A program made the translations under genes and the position numbers. Positions 53,636-62,832 of a stretch of 64,000 nucleotides of DNA are shown here, piece after piece. The notes below the pieces were generated by a model, which worked only from the letters and a program-made list of their open reading frames with translations, searched no databases and was not told the origin of the DNA. Positions within the stretch are counted from its first letter, which is position 1, and every line of letters begins with the position of its first letter. This DNA is from Bosea vestrisii (lineage in GTDB: Bacteria; Pseudomonadota; Alphaproteobacteria; Rhizobiales; Beijerinckiaceae), in NCBI RefSeq assembly GCF_030144325.1, contig NZ_CP126307.1:459748-523747 (forward strand). Reading direction: 5' to 3'.

Positions 53636-56600
53636 TTAGAAGCTGACCCTAAGCTGGGCCGATCCGCCGATGCGGCTGCTATTGGCGGAGAGCTCGCTGT
53701 CGAGGCTGAGGCCGAGCGTGACGCGCTCGCTGAGCCTGGCCATGGCGCCGACGCCGACGAGGGCGCTGTTGCGGTCGGCTTGGGCGCCAGTCGCGGTGAA
53801 GCTCGCGCCGGGCAGTCCGATCAGGTTCGCGGTCAGGTCGGCATCACGCCGAAAATAGTGCGCCCAGGCCACCCGGACATAGCCGGTGACGGCAACACCG
53901 CCGAGCACGGTATCGGCATCAAGCTGCAGGCCGAGCTCGCTGCGGGCGGTGACATCGCCGCGCTTGGCCAGCGCGAGCGCCCCGGCATTGGCTCCTGCCC
54001 AGTTCGCCTCGATCAGGGCTGGGCTGCGCGCCCGCGTCGCCTGGATCGCTGCTAGCGGCGAGAGCGAGAGCCCGTTCCAATTCAGCAGCGCGGCGCTTGC
54101 CTGCAGCCGCCCGCTCCACGCTGTCGTCGCATAGGAGGATGACAGGCTCGAGCCCAGCACCGGAATGCTGCGGCGGATGTCGTTCTCGAGTCTGGCGTAG
54201 CTCAGCGCTGCGCCGAGCCTGACCGGGCCGAGCTGCGTCACGCCGTAGAGGCCTGCCTGGAATACCTCCGCATCGACCTTGCCGATCACGCCCGGCAGCG
54301 AAGCCCGCGCCTTGCCGCCCGAAAGCGCGACACCCGCGACCGTCCCCGGCTGCAGCCGGACATCGATGCCCGTCGCCAGATGCGCGTCGTCGATCGTGCG
54401 CCTGGCCGAGCCGATATAGGCACTACCGTCGGTGCGGCCATGGGAGCCATAGGCCGAGCCCCAGACCGAATAGAACGGCAGGTCGAGACGCGAGGGGCCA
54501 GCAGGTCGATCCGCGCCCTTGCGCGCGAGACCGGAGAACGCCGCCGCGCCTGGCCCAGCCGCCCCGGCATCGCCGAGCCGACCCATGGCCGTCGGATCGA
54601 GCATCACCCGCAAGAACTGGTCGGACGCGGCATTCGCCATTGCAGGTGCAGCGGTGTGCACCTCGCCCGACAGGCTGTTCACCGCAGCCGGAATCGATGC
54701 CGCCGGCAGATTGTAGATCCCGAACAGTGAGGACGGATCGGCACCATCCGCCACCGCTCGGTCGATGGCCCTGCCAATGGCGTAGGCATTCTTCGGCCCC
54801 GTCACCCCGATAAAGCCTGGGCCGGGAGACATCACCGGTGGATCGACAGGCGTCAGCGGCTTCGGCGTCAGCGTCAGCTGCACGTCATTGCTCGTGTAGC
54901 TCACTGTCGTGGTGACGCCATCGCCAAAGCTGCCTGTCGTATCGACCGGGCTGAAGGTGCCGGTCCGGCCCCCGGTCGCCGAGAGCAGCGTGTAGGGCGA
55001 GGAGAAGGTATAGGCGCCGCCGAGCGGCACGATCCGCAACGTTCCCGCCAGCGAAGCCGTGCCGGAGACATCGACCCGGTCGGCATTCGCACCCTGCACC
55101 TCGGCGAGATAGGTCGAGCCCGCGTTGAGGGTCAGGTCTCCCCGCACAGTCAGCGTGCCCGGCGAGTTGCCGGGCGACAGCGTGCCGCCATTGATCACCG
55201 TCGTTGGAACCACGCCCGCACCACCGAGCGTCGCGCCGGCCGCAACCGTCACACTGGAGGACGCCGCAATCGAGCCGTTCACGATCAGCGAGCCGGCATT
55301 GACCAGCGTCGCGCCCTCGTATGTGTTCACTCCGTTCAGGGTGAAGCTGCCAGTGCCGACCTTGGTCAGGGAGCCATCACCGAAAATGCTGCCAATGGTG
55401 CCGCTGAAGATGGTGCTCGTGTTGTTCGCACCCGTTGTCAGCACTACTCCCGGGCTGAGGATCACGTTCGTATCTGCCCCACCAGCAAGCGAGCCGATCC
55501 GCTGGTCGAATAGCGTCTCAAACTGCGAACCGGCCCCCGTCAGGCTGACCGCCCCCGTGGATGACAGGGCGTTGGGCTCGAAAACGACGAACCGAGCGCC
55601 GTTGGAGATGTTGATCGCGGTCGAGTTGAGGATGGACCCGCCCTGGCCAATTCTCAGTGTCCCACCCGCGACACTGGTTGGGCCGGAATAGGTGTTGGTC
55701 CCAAAGATATTGAGACCGGCCGATCCCGTCTTGGTCAGACCGCCCGAGCCGGAAATATCGCCCCTGAAGACAAAAAAGGCGCTGTTGTCGATGGTCAATA
55801 TCGCCGCGCCCAGTTTGATCGCCGTGCCGGGGGCGTTTCCTTCCAATCTCTTGACGGTTTGATCGTAGCCGTTGAGGTCCCAGGTGCTGCTGCCCTGAAG
55901 GATGATACCGGCAGAAGAGGTCAGGGCATTGGCCGTACCCATCCGCAGCGTACCTGCCGAGATCGTCGTATCTCCGGTGTAGCTTTGCACCCCGGCCAGG
56001 GTGAGGGTGCCGGTGTTCGTCTTCGTGAAACTGCCATCGCCCGAGATGGTCCCGGAATAGGTGCCGTCGCTTCCCTGGTTGAAAACGACGGCGCGCGTTC
56101 CAGGGCCCGTCGCAAAAGTCAGGTTGCCGGCCATGCTGGCCGTGCTGCCGCTGAGCGTCCCTTCCCGGACCGTCCAGTTCTGGCTGCCGGCTCCCGCCAG
56201 CGCCCAGGTCGACGTGCCCGTCTTTTCGAAAGCCGTGAAGCCGGTATGGCTACTCGTCAAGTTCGAAAGGTCGACAGAGCCATTCGTGGCTCCGCCGAGC
56301 GCCAGAACATTGTTGGTGCCGCCGGGCGCAACCACGACATTGCCGTTAGTTACTGACCCGGCCCACATCTCGAAACGATTGTCGCTACCGAAGAGCTCGA
56401 CCGCATTGGCGCGCACGCCGTCGCCGGAAAGCCCACCCGAGATCGATCCGGAATTGATGATCGAGATGCCGCCGCTCGCCGCGCCGACGATGCCGACGCC
56501 GCCGGGGCCAAAATTGCTGCCGGCAACGACCGTGCCGCCAGTACCGCCTGAAATCGTCCCGGCATTGCTCAGGCTCGCGGTCTGGCCGTCCCGGAACACC

Positions 56601-57685
56601 ACGCCAGCCCCACCGGCGCCTGCAGCATAAACCGGGTTGGCCGAGATCTGGTTGCCGCCAGCGCCGCCCGAGATGACGCCGGTCGCCGTGTTGGCAACGG
56701 TGCCGCCCCAGGCTTCCAGGCCCGCACCGCCCGATCTTCGAGCGGGCACCGTATGGCCCGCATTTGCGTCGCCGCTGCGGCCGCCGGTGATGGTGGCCCG
56801 GTTGTCGATGGCGCCCTGATTGCTCAGAACGCCCGCGCCGCCGTGGCCGGCGTATTGGCCCGATCCACCCGCCCCGCCTGTGATGGTGCCGGCCTGATGG
56901 GACAAGGTGCCGCCATTATACAGGAGCAGCCCGGCGCCGCCGTCCCCGGATTCCCCGCCACCACCGCCCTGTCCGCCGGTAATGGCGCTGGTGCCACCCG
57001 CTCCGGTCGCGACAGTGATCGTGCCGCCATCGAGCAGCACCAGCCCCGCGCCACCGCCACCGCCACCGCGGCTCCCGCCACCGCCAGAGCCGCCCGTCAC
57101 GTTGAACCCGCTCGTGTCGAGCATGGCGCCGGCGCCGGCCAGGACAAGGCCGCCAGCGCCGCCGCCGTTACCACCTCTATCAGCCAGGCCACCCGTGCCA
57201 GCCAAGCCAGCCGCTCCAGCTCCGCCGCCATGGTCTGCGCCAAATTGGAAGGGACCAGTCGTACCGAGGACAGTACCGCTGCCTCCGGCTCCGCCCGCTC
57301 CGCCATCGCCGGGACTTGCGGAGTCAAAACTGCCGATACCACCACCGCCGCCACCACCGGCAGCAAGATCATTGGGCGTCCCGGGGGCCCGCCTGCGCCG
57401 CCGCCCCCCAGCGCCATTATCTCCGGTTCCGCCCGGCGAGGCGGAGCCGCCGGGAGCCTGCGCCGCCGAGCCGCCAGCCCCTGTCAATCCAAATGCCCCG
57501 CCGCCGGCCCCGCCCCCGCCACCTGCGATGCCGCCAGCTCCATCGGTCGCGCCAATGCCACCACTATTGCCACCACCAGTGCCGCCACCCTGAGTGATCT
57601 GCTGCGCAGCAGCCGGGTGGGGCAACAGCAACAGCCCCGCGCCGAGCGACAATCCGAGCGAAAGGCAGGTCCAGGAGGTCGTCAT
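53636..57685 (-). CDS. Autotransporter (type Va) with Gly-rich beta-helical passenger carrying PATR repeats and C-terminal beta-barrel
   Basis: Signal peptide [29 protein letters not shown]. The passenger is dominated by GGxGG repeats and autotransporter-associated beta-strand repeats (...[25 protein letters not shown]..., ...[26 protein letters not shown]...). The C-terminal barrel ends ...[25 protein letters not shown]. The ORF is open to 58024; start placed at ATG 57685. Confidence 0.8.
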   Translation of the reverse strand: MTTSWTCLSLGLSLGAGLLLLPHPAAAQQITQGGGTGGGNSGGIGATDGAGGIAGGGGGAGGGAFGLTGAGGSAAQAPGGSASPGGTGDNGAGGRRRRRAPGTPNDLAAGGGGGGGIGSFDSASPGDGGAGGAGGSGTVLGTTGPFQFGADHGGGAGAAGLAGTGGLADRGGNGGGAGGLVLAGAGAMLDTSGFNVTGGSGGGGSRGGGGGGAGLVLLDGGTITVATGAGGTSAITGGQGGGGGESGDGGAGLLLYNGGTLSHQAGTITGGAGGSGQYAGHGGAGVLSNQGAIDNRATITGGRSGDANAGHTVPARRSGGAGLEAWGGTVANTATGVISGGAGGNQISANPVYAAGAGGAGVVFRDGQTASLSNAGTISGGTGGTVVAGSNFGPGGVGIVGAASGGISIINSGSISGGLSGDGVRANAVELFGSDNRFEMWAGSVTNGNVVVAPGGTNNVLALGGATNGSVDLSNLTSSHTGFTAFEKTGTSTWALAGAGSQNWTVREGTLSGSTASMAGNLTFATGPGTRAVVFNQGSDGTYSGTISGDGSFTKTNTGTLTLAGVQSYTGDTTISAGTLRMGTANALTSSAGIILQGSSTWDLNGYDQTVKRLEGNAPGTAIKLGAAILTIDNSAFFVFRGDISGSGGLTKTGSAGLNIFGTNTYSGPTSVAGGTLRIGQGGSILNSTAINISNGARFVVFEPNALSSTGAVSLTGAGSQFETLFDQRIGSLAGGADTNVILSPGVVLTTGANNTSTIFSGTIGSIFGDGSLTKVGTGSFTLNGVNTYEGATLVNAGSLIVNGSIAASSSVTVAAGATLGGAGVVPTTVINGGTLSPGNSPGTLTVRGDLTLNAGSTYLAEVQGANADRVDVSGTASLAGTLRIVPLGGAYTFSSPYTLLSATGGRTGTFSPVDTTGSFGDGVTTTVSYTSNDVQLTLTPKPLTPVDPPVMSPGPGFIGVTGPKNAYAIGRAIDRAVADGADPSSLFGIYNLPAASIPAAVNSLSGEVHTAAPAMANAASDQFLRVMLDPTAMGRLGDAGAAGPGAAAFSGLARKGADRPAGPSRLDLPFYSVWGSAYGSHGRTDGSAYIGSARRTIDDAHLATGIDVRLQPGTVAGVALSGGKARASLPGVIGKVDAEVFQAGLYGVTQLGPVRLGAALSYARLENDIRRSIPVLGSSLSSSYATTAWSGRLQASAALLNWNGLSLSPLAAIQATRARSPALIEANWAGANAGALALAKRGDVTARSELGLQLDADTVLGGVAVTGYVRVAWAHYFRRDADLTANLIGLPGASFTATGAQADRNSALVGVGAMARLSERVTLGLSLDSELSANSSRIGGSAQLRVSF

Positions 57686-58088
57686 GCGCAGGTTTTTCCG
57701 CCGCCGCGAAACAGCGCCCGGATGCGCCTGAACTCCCGCACCATCCGCATCACCGCAACCACCAGAAAAGGCAGGGGCGATAGATCCTGACAGGGCAGGC
57801 ATCGATCTCATCGGTGCCGTAGCGTATGAAAGCGCAAGCGGGCGCATCAGCGACTGGCGTCCGCAGACCGTCATAGAAATCCCCCTCCTGTGCCGCGAGC
57901 GGGCCGACGACCCTTTCAGCACCGCTCCGATCCCGCGCTCCTTTCCGGAGCGCCGCGTCCTGCGTTGCAGCTGGGTCGGCTCAAATGCGTCCGCCCGCAC
58001 CTGAAACCGCAGCAACGTCATCATTCCGTCAGGCGAACAGCGAGGCGGATTGGGATCAGGATAAATCCCCCGTTCCCGACAACGCCAT

Positions 58089-58366
58089 CAATCAATTCTG
58101 CTGAATTCTGACCAATTCTTGCAGGACTTTCGCGGAGCAGCGAAGATATAGACCGCTATGCTTCTCGTGCGGCTTTTACGCGGATTAACCACGGCCGCCG
58201 CCTACCGGAATGGGCAATATCGCTCCGTTACCCACCTGGCGCAGGGGCTCCGGAATTGCCGCGCGCCGCCTTTTTTCTCAGCGCGCCCAAAGCAGTATTT
58301 CGGATGCATATTTTAATCGTGGGCGACTTCTCTACCAATGAGAGCCAATCAATTCTGACAAATTCT
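58089..58366. promoter_or_regulatory. AT-rich intergenic region with phased AATTCTG direct repeats (candidate response-regulator binding sites)
   Basis: CAATCAATTCTG-CTGAATTCTG-ACCAATTCTTG has three AATTCT units at 10-bp phasing (58094/58104/58114), and a second pair lies in GCCAATCAATTCTGACAAATTCTTACG (58351/58361). GC content drops to ~45% between the divergent autotransporter and the two-component genes. Confidence 0.3.
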
Positions 58367-58449
58367 TACGATTCCGGATCGCTCTTGCACGACTCCTCAA
58401 CTCCTGCGAAGTGTAAGCTTACAGATATTGCTCATGAAGCCGCATAAGG

Positions 58450-59898
58450 ATGCTTGATCTCAAAACCGTTCTGGTTGTGGCGCTGGCGACGGCCAGCTTG
58501 CAGGCCGTCGCCTGGGTCTTCGTGTGGCGGGCCTGGCGCCATTTCTACGAGCTTAAATTCCTGGCAGCAGGTTTTGGAGCCATTGCCGTCGGCCTCCTCC
58601 TGATGCTCGTTCGTGGCGCGGAGCCGGCCGCTTTAGCCATCGTCTTGCACAACACGGTCATCAAGCTTGGACTCGTGCTGCTCGCTGAAGGGCTCGCGCG
58701 CTTCCTGGGGCAGCCGCGCTACACATGGATCGGCGTCTCGCTCCTCGTCTTCCAGATCGTCGTCTGGAGCGCGGCCGTGGTGATCGACCCCGACAACCTC
58801 GCGATCCGCATTCACAGCTCGACCGTCTTCACCGTGATCATGATGTCGGTGATGTGCTTGGGCCTCGCGCGAGACAGGACGCAGCCTCCGCTCCTGCGCT
58901 GGATCACCATTGGTCTCCTCGCTGAGTACATGGCGGCCAGTTTCCTGCAGAGCGTCATCGAGTATCGCCTGCCGGCCGAGTTCGACAGTGGCCCGATTCT
59001 GGCGGACCGCAATGCCTGGTATCTGTTGCAGGGCACCCTCTTCCTGATCGCGCTTTTCGCCTGCCTGCTCTTCATGGTCAGCGCGAGGCTCTCCACCGAC
59101 CTGCGCAAAAACCACGATGCTCTGCTGCGGGAAGTGGAGGAACGGCGAAGGCTCGAGAGCCGGCTCAGCGCCAGCCTGGAGGCCGAGCGTGCCTTGCGCG
59201 ACGAGCAGGCGGACTTCATGCGCGTCGTCAGCCATGAGTTCCGCACGCCGCTCGCGATCATTCGCAACGCCGCCGACATGATCGGCCTTGTCGGCGACAG
59301 ATCGCCCGACGCGACCCGAGAGCGCCTCTCCGGCATCGGCGAGGCGCTCAACCGCCTCTTTTCCCTGATCGACAGGTTCATGGCGGATGATCGAGAGAAT
59401 GGCTTTCAGCCGGAGCCGCTTCAGCTCGGCTCCCTGATAGGAGACGTGCGGCTGCATTTCGAGATGACTGCACGCGGCGAGCGCCTGCAGTTCATCATGG
59501 AAGACGAAACAGTCTCTTTCGACGCCGACCCGGACATGCTCGCGACAGTCATCATCAACCTGATCGACAACGCCTTGAAATATTCGCCGGACGACCTGCC
59601 GATCCGCATAGCGACCTGGGCGGAGCACGGATTCGTCGTGATCCAGGTCCAGGATCGCGGCATCGGCATTCCCGGTGCCGAGCTCAGCAAGATCGGACGT
59701 CGCTTCTTCCGAGCATCCAATGCCAAGGCCAGTACCGGTACCGGTCTTGGGCTCTACTCGGCGCGCAAGCTCCTAGCCTACCACGGAGGGACGCTGCAGC
59801 TGCTTCCCAACGATGAAGGGGGAACGACAGCCATCGTGCGCCTGCCTTCGTCGGGCGAGGTATCCAGCGCTGAGTTGCCTGAGGAGACGACGGCGTGA
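58450..59898 (+). CDS. Sensor histidine kinase (multi-TM sensor + HisKA + HATPase_c)
   Basis: Six hydrophobic helices, then the H-box ...FMRVVSHEFRTPLAIIRNAADMI... and the ATPase blocks ...INLIDNALKYSP... and ...VQDRGIGIPGAELSKIGRRFFRA...GTGLGLY... Confidence 0.85.
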   Translation: MLDLKTVLVVALATASLQAVAWVFVWRAWRHFYELKFLAAGFGAIAVGLLLMLVRGAEPAALAIVLHNTVIKLGLVLLAEGLARFLGQPRYTWIGVSLLVFQIVVWSAAVVIDPDNLAIRIHSSTVFTVIMMSVMCLGLARDRTQPPLLRWITIGLLAEYMAASFLQSVIEYRLPAEFDSGPILADRNAWYLLQGTLFLIALFACLLFMVSARLSTDLRKNHDALLREVEERRRLESRLSASLEAERALRDEQADFMRVVSHEFRTPLAIIRNAADMIGLVGDRSPDATRERLSGIGEALNRLFSLIDRFMADDRENGFQPEPLQLGSLIGDVRLHFEMTARGERLQFIMEDETVSFDADPDMLATVIINLIDNALKYSPDDLPIRIATWAEHGFVVIQVQDRGIGIPGAELSKIGRRFFRASNAKASTGTGLGLYSARKLLAYHGGTLQLLPNDEGGTTAIVRLPSSGEVSSAELPEETTA

Positions 59899-60587
59899 CG
59901 CAGATTCTGATCGTCGAGGACGAAACGAGGTTGCGCAAGGATCTGGCCGATTTTCTCGGCCTATGCGGATTCACGGCCAGTGGGGTCGCAACAGCGCATG
60001 AGCTGCGTCAGGCACTCGCGGATGGCCATTCACCAGACGTGATCATTCTCGATGTCGGCTTGCCGGACGGCAATGGCTTTGAGCTCGCAAGCCAGATTCG
60101 TGAAACCCACCGCTGCGGCATCATCATGCTGACGGCGCTCGGCGACAGTGACGACCGCATCCGGGGCTTCGAGAGCGGCGCTGACATTTACCTCGTCAAG
60201 CACAGCACACTGCGCGAGATCGAAGCGGCAATTCGCAGCCTGCTGCGACGGAGCGGAAACCTGCCCAGCTCTGCAAACGGCGGTGATCAGTGGGTGCTGG
60301 ATGGCACGAATTGGATGCTGGTCGCGCCCAATCACCGTTCGCTCAAGCTAACGGCGACTGAATTCGCCTTCATGAGCGTGTTGTGCAGCAATGGTGGCGA
60401 CATCTGTCAGCGCGAGGATCTGATGGAGACGCTCGCCCGCCCCAGATCAAATTTCGGCAACCGTCATCTCGACGCCATCGTCAGCCGCTTGCGCCGCAAG
60501 ATCGAGGAACGCACCAGCCTGCCAGCGCCAATCAAGGTCGTCTATGGCGTCGGATACACCTTCACAGGCGCTGCGGCGATGCAATGA
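59895..60587 (+). CDS. Response regulator, OmpR/PhoB-type winged-helix DNA-binding
   Basis: REC domain ...ILIVEDETRLRKDLADFL...DVIILDVGLPDGNG...DIYLVKHSTLREIEAAI..., then a trans_reg_C domain ...LKLTATEFAFMSVLCSNGGDICQREDLMETL...RHLDAIVSRLRRKIE...VYGVGYTF. GTGA overlap with the kinase. Confidence 0.85.
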   Translation: MTQILIVEDETRLRKDLADFLGLCGFTASGVATAHELRQALADGHSPDVIILDVGLPDGNGFELASQIRETHRCGIIMLTALGDSDDRIRGFESGADIYLVKHSTLREIEAAIRSLLRRSGNLPSSANGGDQWVLDGTNWMLVAPNHRSLKLTATEFAFMSVLCSNGGDICQREDLMETLARPRSNFGNRHLDAIVSRLRRKIEERTSLPAPIKVVYGVGYTFTGAAAMQ

Positions 60588-60607
60588 GCATCCGTTGAAC
60601 GATTGCT

Positions 60608-60823
60608 TTGGCTTTCCGCGCAGCGCGCTGTTCGCTTCGGCAGACCCCCCACAGCTGGACCGCGCCAGAAACCGACACTCGGAAGCGGACGCACGGACCG
60701 GCGAGCGTCCCGATGCCGGTCCACGTCCTCTACGCTTCGACGCGTTACCTGGATCCGAAAGTTCGCGGCTTCGTGGATTGGTGCCGGGATGCCTTCACGG
60801 CCGGCGCCGACAACTCGGATTGA
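60608..60823 (+). pseudogene. LysR family regulator, extreme C-terminal remnant (~35 aa recognisable)
   Basis: ...PMPVHVLYASTRYLDPKVRGFVDWCRDAFT... matches the conserved LysR C-terminal tail (PVH.VYPS.R.L.PKVRAF.DFL). No HTH or co-inducer domain lies upstream. Confidence 0.35.
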
Positions 60824-61029
60824 GAGAGGCGACAGGGCGCCACTAGCACACGTCGCAGTTCACCGACCGGGTTCACGGTGCGGCAGCCGCCCGCCAGAAT
60901 TCGCAGGCGCCTGTGACCCATGCGCCTCCGAGCCTTCAGCCATGGCCGCCACCGCGACGGCACAGCCGCCCTCCGTGAAACGCGCAGAGCCACTTGCCAG
61001 CGCGCTCCTACCGAACAGACCTTTTCGTC

Positions 61030-61275
61030 TCAGCGACGGTTGCTTGAAACCCGGCCCTGATGCCCACTGGAGAGGAACTGCATGAAAGCCGGCGGGATCT
61101 CAATGAAGCTGAGAGCTTCCTGGCGGATATCGAAGTCCGCGATAGCCTCGGTTAGCATCTCGAATTCCCGCTCACCGTCAGAGCCCCTCAAGGATGAGAT
61201 TAGCTGTGCAGCTCGCAGTACAGCAGCCTTCCGCTGTTCATAAGACGAGATCATCACGGCGTCGGCGTTGGGCAT
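61030..61275 (-). CDS. Hypothetical protein (low-GC ORF, doubtful)
   Basis: 81-aa ATG ORF MPNADAVMISSYEQRKAAVLRAAQLISSLRGSDGEREFEMLTEAIADFDIRQEALSFIEIPPAF... in a ~52% GC patch. It has protein-like composition but no recognised family. Confidence 0.2.
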   Translation of the reverse strand: MPNADAVMISSYEQRKAAVLRAAQLISSLRGSDGEREFEMLTEAIADFDIRQEALSFIEIPPAFMQFLSSGHQGRVSSNRR

Positions 61276-61568
61276 GACACCACCTCATCGCTACGCAACT
61301 CACACCCACTACGTTAGCGATCCAATCGTTGGAATACGAGTCGCTCATACGAGATTGCTCGGCATCTAGCCGCAGACGCCTAAAATGGGGTTAGCTGACG
61401 GCCCGCGTTCGGAGACGTGGGCCGTCGTAGCGCGCCAGGAGCAGACACTGAGCCGCCACTGGAACCGGACATTCGTTTTTCCTTATCGGAGCTGCAGATG
61501 TTCAAATGGACTTGATTGGCGAGTGAGCAGACGGGCCACGGCGTTCATGCGCCGTGGCCCGTCGGAGG

Positions 61569-61939
61569 CTATCGTGCCGCTTCTTCGATCAGCCCCGCGA
61601 CGAGCTGAGGCTGGGAGACCATTACGACATGCGATGCGCCGTTCACCACGACCGTGCGCTTGGACCGCGCGCGCTCGGCCATGTATGCGAGCGCCTTGGC
61701 CGGGATGTTTTTGTCCCCCTCGCCATAGACGAAGTAGGACGGCTGGCTTGATCAATGTAGAGGTCGACGCCGCCGCCGGTGAGCTTGACCGGAGGCGCGA
61801 GCGCCTCGCCGAGCGTCCCGCCCGGGTACTTGCCGGCGAGATCAGCCGCCGCCTCGCCGGCATCCGGCGCGAACGCCGCCACATAGACCAGCGACTTGAC
61901 GTTGTCGTGGCCCTTCGCCGCGTTCGAAATGACCTGGCC
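61569..61939 (-). pseudogene. Alpha/beta-fold hydrolase, C-terminal fragment with internal frameshift
   Basis: ...GQVISNAAKGHDNVKSLVYVAAFAPDAGEAAADLAGKYPGGTLGEALAPPVKLTGGGVDLYIDQ is followed by a frameshift near 61745-61760, then ...SQPSYFVYGEGDKNIPAKALAYMAERARSKRTVVVNGASHVVMVSQPQLVAGLIEEAAR* (stop ~61569), the typical alpha/beta hydrolase C-terminal His region. No nucleophile-elbow N-terminal half is present. Confidence 0.4.
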
Positions 61940-62303
61940 GCACGCCGCGGTCCTTGATGACCGGAAACGCCTCCTTGCCGTGATGCTCGAAGGTAGGCGC
62001 CATGTCCTCATGGCTTTCGGGCAAGGCCAACCAGGTCTGGATGCCAAATAGGCTGTTCGGCCCGCTTCGGCTGGCTGCGGAGGTACGCTCCGAGTGGGAC
62101 ACGCCACGCCCGGCGACCATCCAGTTCAACGCGCCGGGGCGGATGATCTGGTCGGCCCCGGTACTGTCCCGATGATGAAAATCGCCGCGGAAGAGATAGG
62201 TCACGGTGCCGAGACCGATGTGCGGGTGCGGCCGGACGTCGATGCCCTGGCCGGTCAGCAGCTCGGCCGGCCCGGCCTGATCGAAGAAGATGAACGGCCC
62301 GAC
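61934..62303 (-). pseudogene. Pirin family (cupin) protein, N-terminal domain fragment
   Basis: ...VGPFIFFDQAGPAELLTGQGIDVRPHPHIGLGTVTYLFRGDFHHRDSTGADQIIRPGALNWMVAGRGVSHSE...LFGIQTWLALPESHEDMAPTFEHHGKEAFPV... matches the pirin N-terminal cupin. The C-terminal cupin is absent and the frame runs into the hydrolase fragment. Confidence 0.4.
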
Positions 62304-62389
62304 CATTTGCCGCTTCGGCGCCGGCAAGGCGCAGGATGGCGAATACGCCCACATCGGCGGGGCTGCGGCTCTCCGGCCAGGTCGAGCTG

Positions 62390-62719
62390 GCATCGGTCGA
62401 TGCGCCGCCGAACTGGAACCGCGTCGATGTCCTGACCGCCCATGCGCGCACGACCTATGCGGCGCTGGCCGGGATGCAGCAGCTGACCGTCGACAAATGG
62501 ATGGGACATCGGCCGTCGACGCCGGACGGGCTTCCTGTGATCGGCCGGTCCTCGCTGTCGCCGGATGTCTTCTACGCATTCGGGCATGGCCATGTCGGCT
62601 TCGCCGCGGGCCCGGCGACAGGGCGCATCGTCGCCGAGCATGTCGCCGGCCTGGCAGACGCCTCCGACATCGAAGCCTATTCGCCGCGGCGCTTCAGGCT
62701 CGGCCGGCTTCTGTCATGA
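62390..62719 (+). pseudogene. FAD-dependent oxidoreductase (DAO/DadA family), C-terminal fragment
   Basis: ...ALAGMQQLTVDKWMGHRPSTPDGLPVIGRSSLSPDVFYAFGHGHVGFAAGPATGRIVAEHVAGL... matches the C-terminal 100 aa of D-amino-acid/glycine oxidase family enzymes. No N-terminal FAD-binding GxGxxG region lies upstream. Confidence 0.4.
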
Positions 62720-62832
62720 GTGCCGGGAGCGAGCCATTCCCAAGCCGAAAGCCGCACCCTGCGCGCCCGGTCTCCGGACGTGGTGCGCCGCTGCTGGATT
62801 CGTCGATCCCCAAGCCTTGTAGGAGATGAAGA

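Noticed and set aside
52850-58024. Plus-strand ORFs (401 aa at 52850..54055, 345 aa at 56753..57790, 228 aa at 56907..57593) over the mutase fragment and autotransporter
   Set aside because: Pro/Ala-rich translations of the antisense of Gly codons (GGC -> GCC); no domain signal.
58256-58447. 63-aa ORF in the AT-rich autotransporter/kinase intergenic region
   Set aside because: Composition is unlike the genome's proteins, and the region is better explained as a promoter/regulatory spacer with phased direct repeats.
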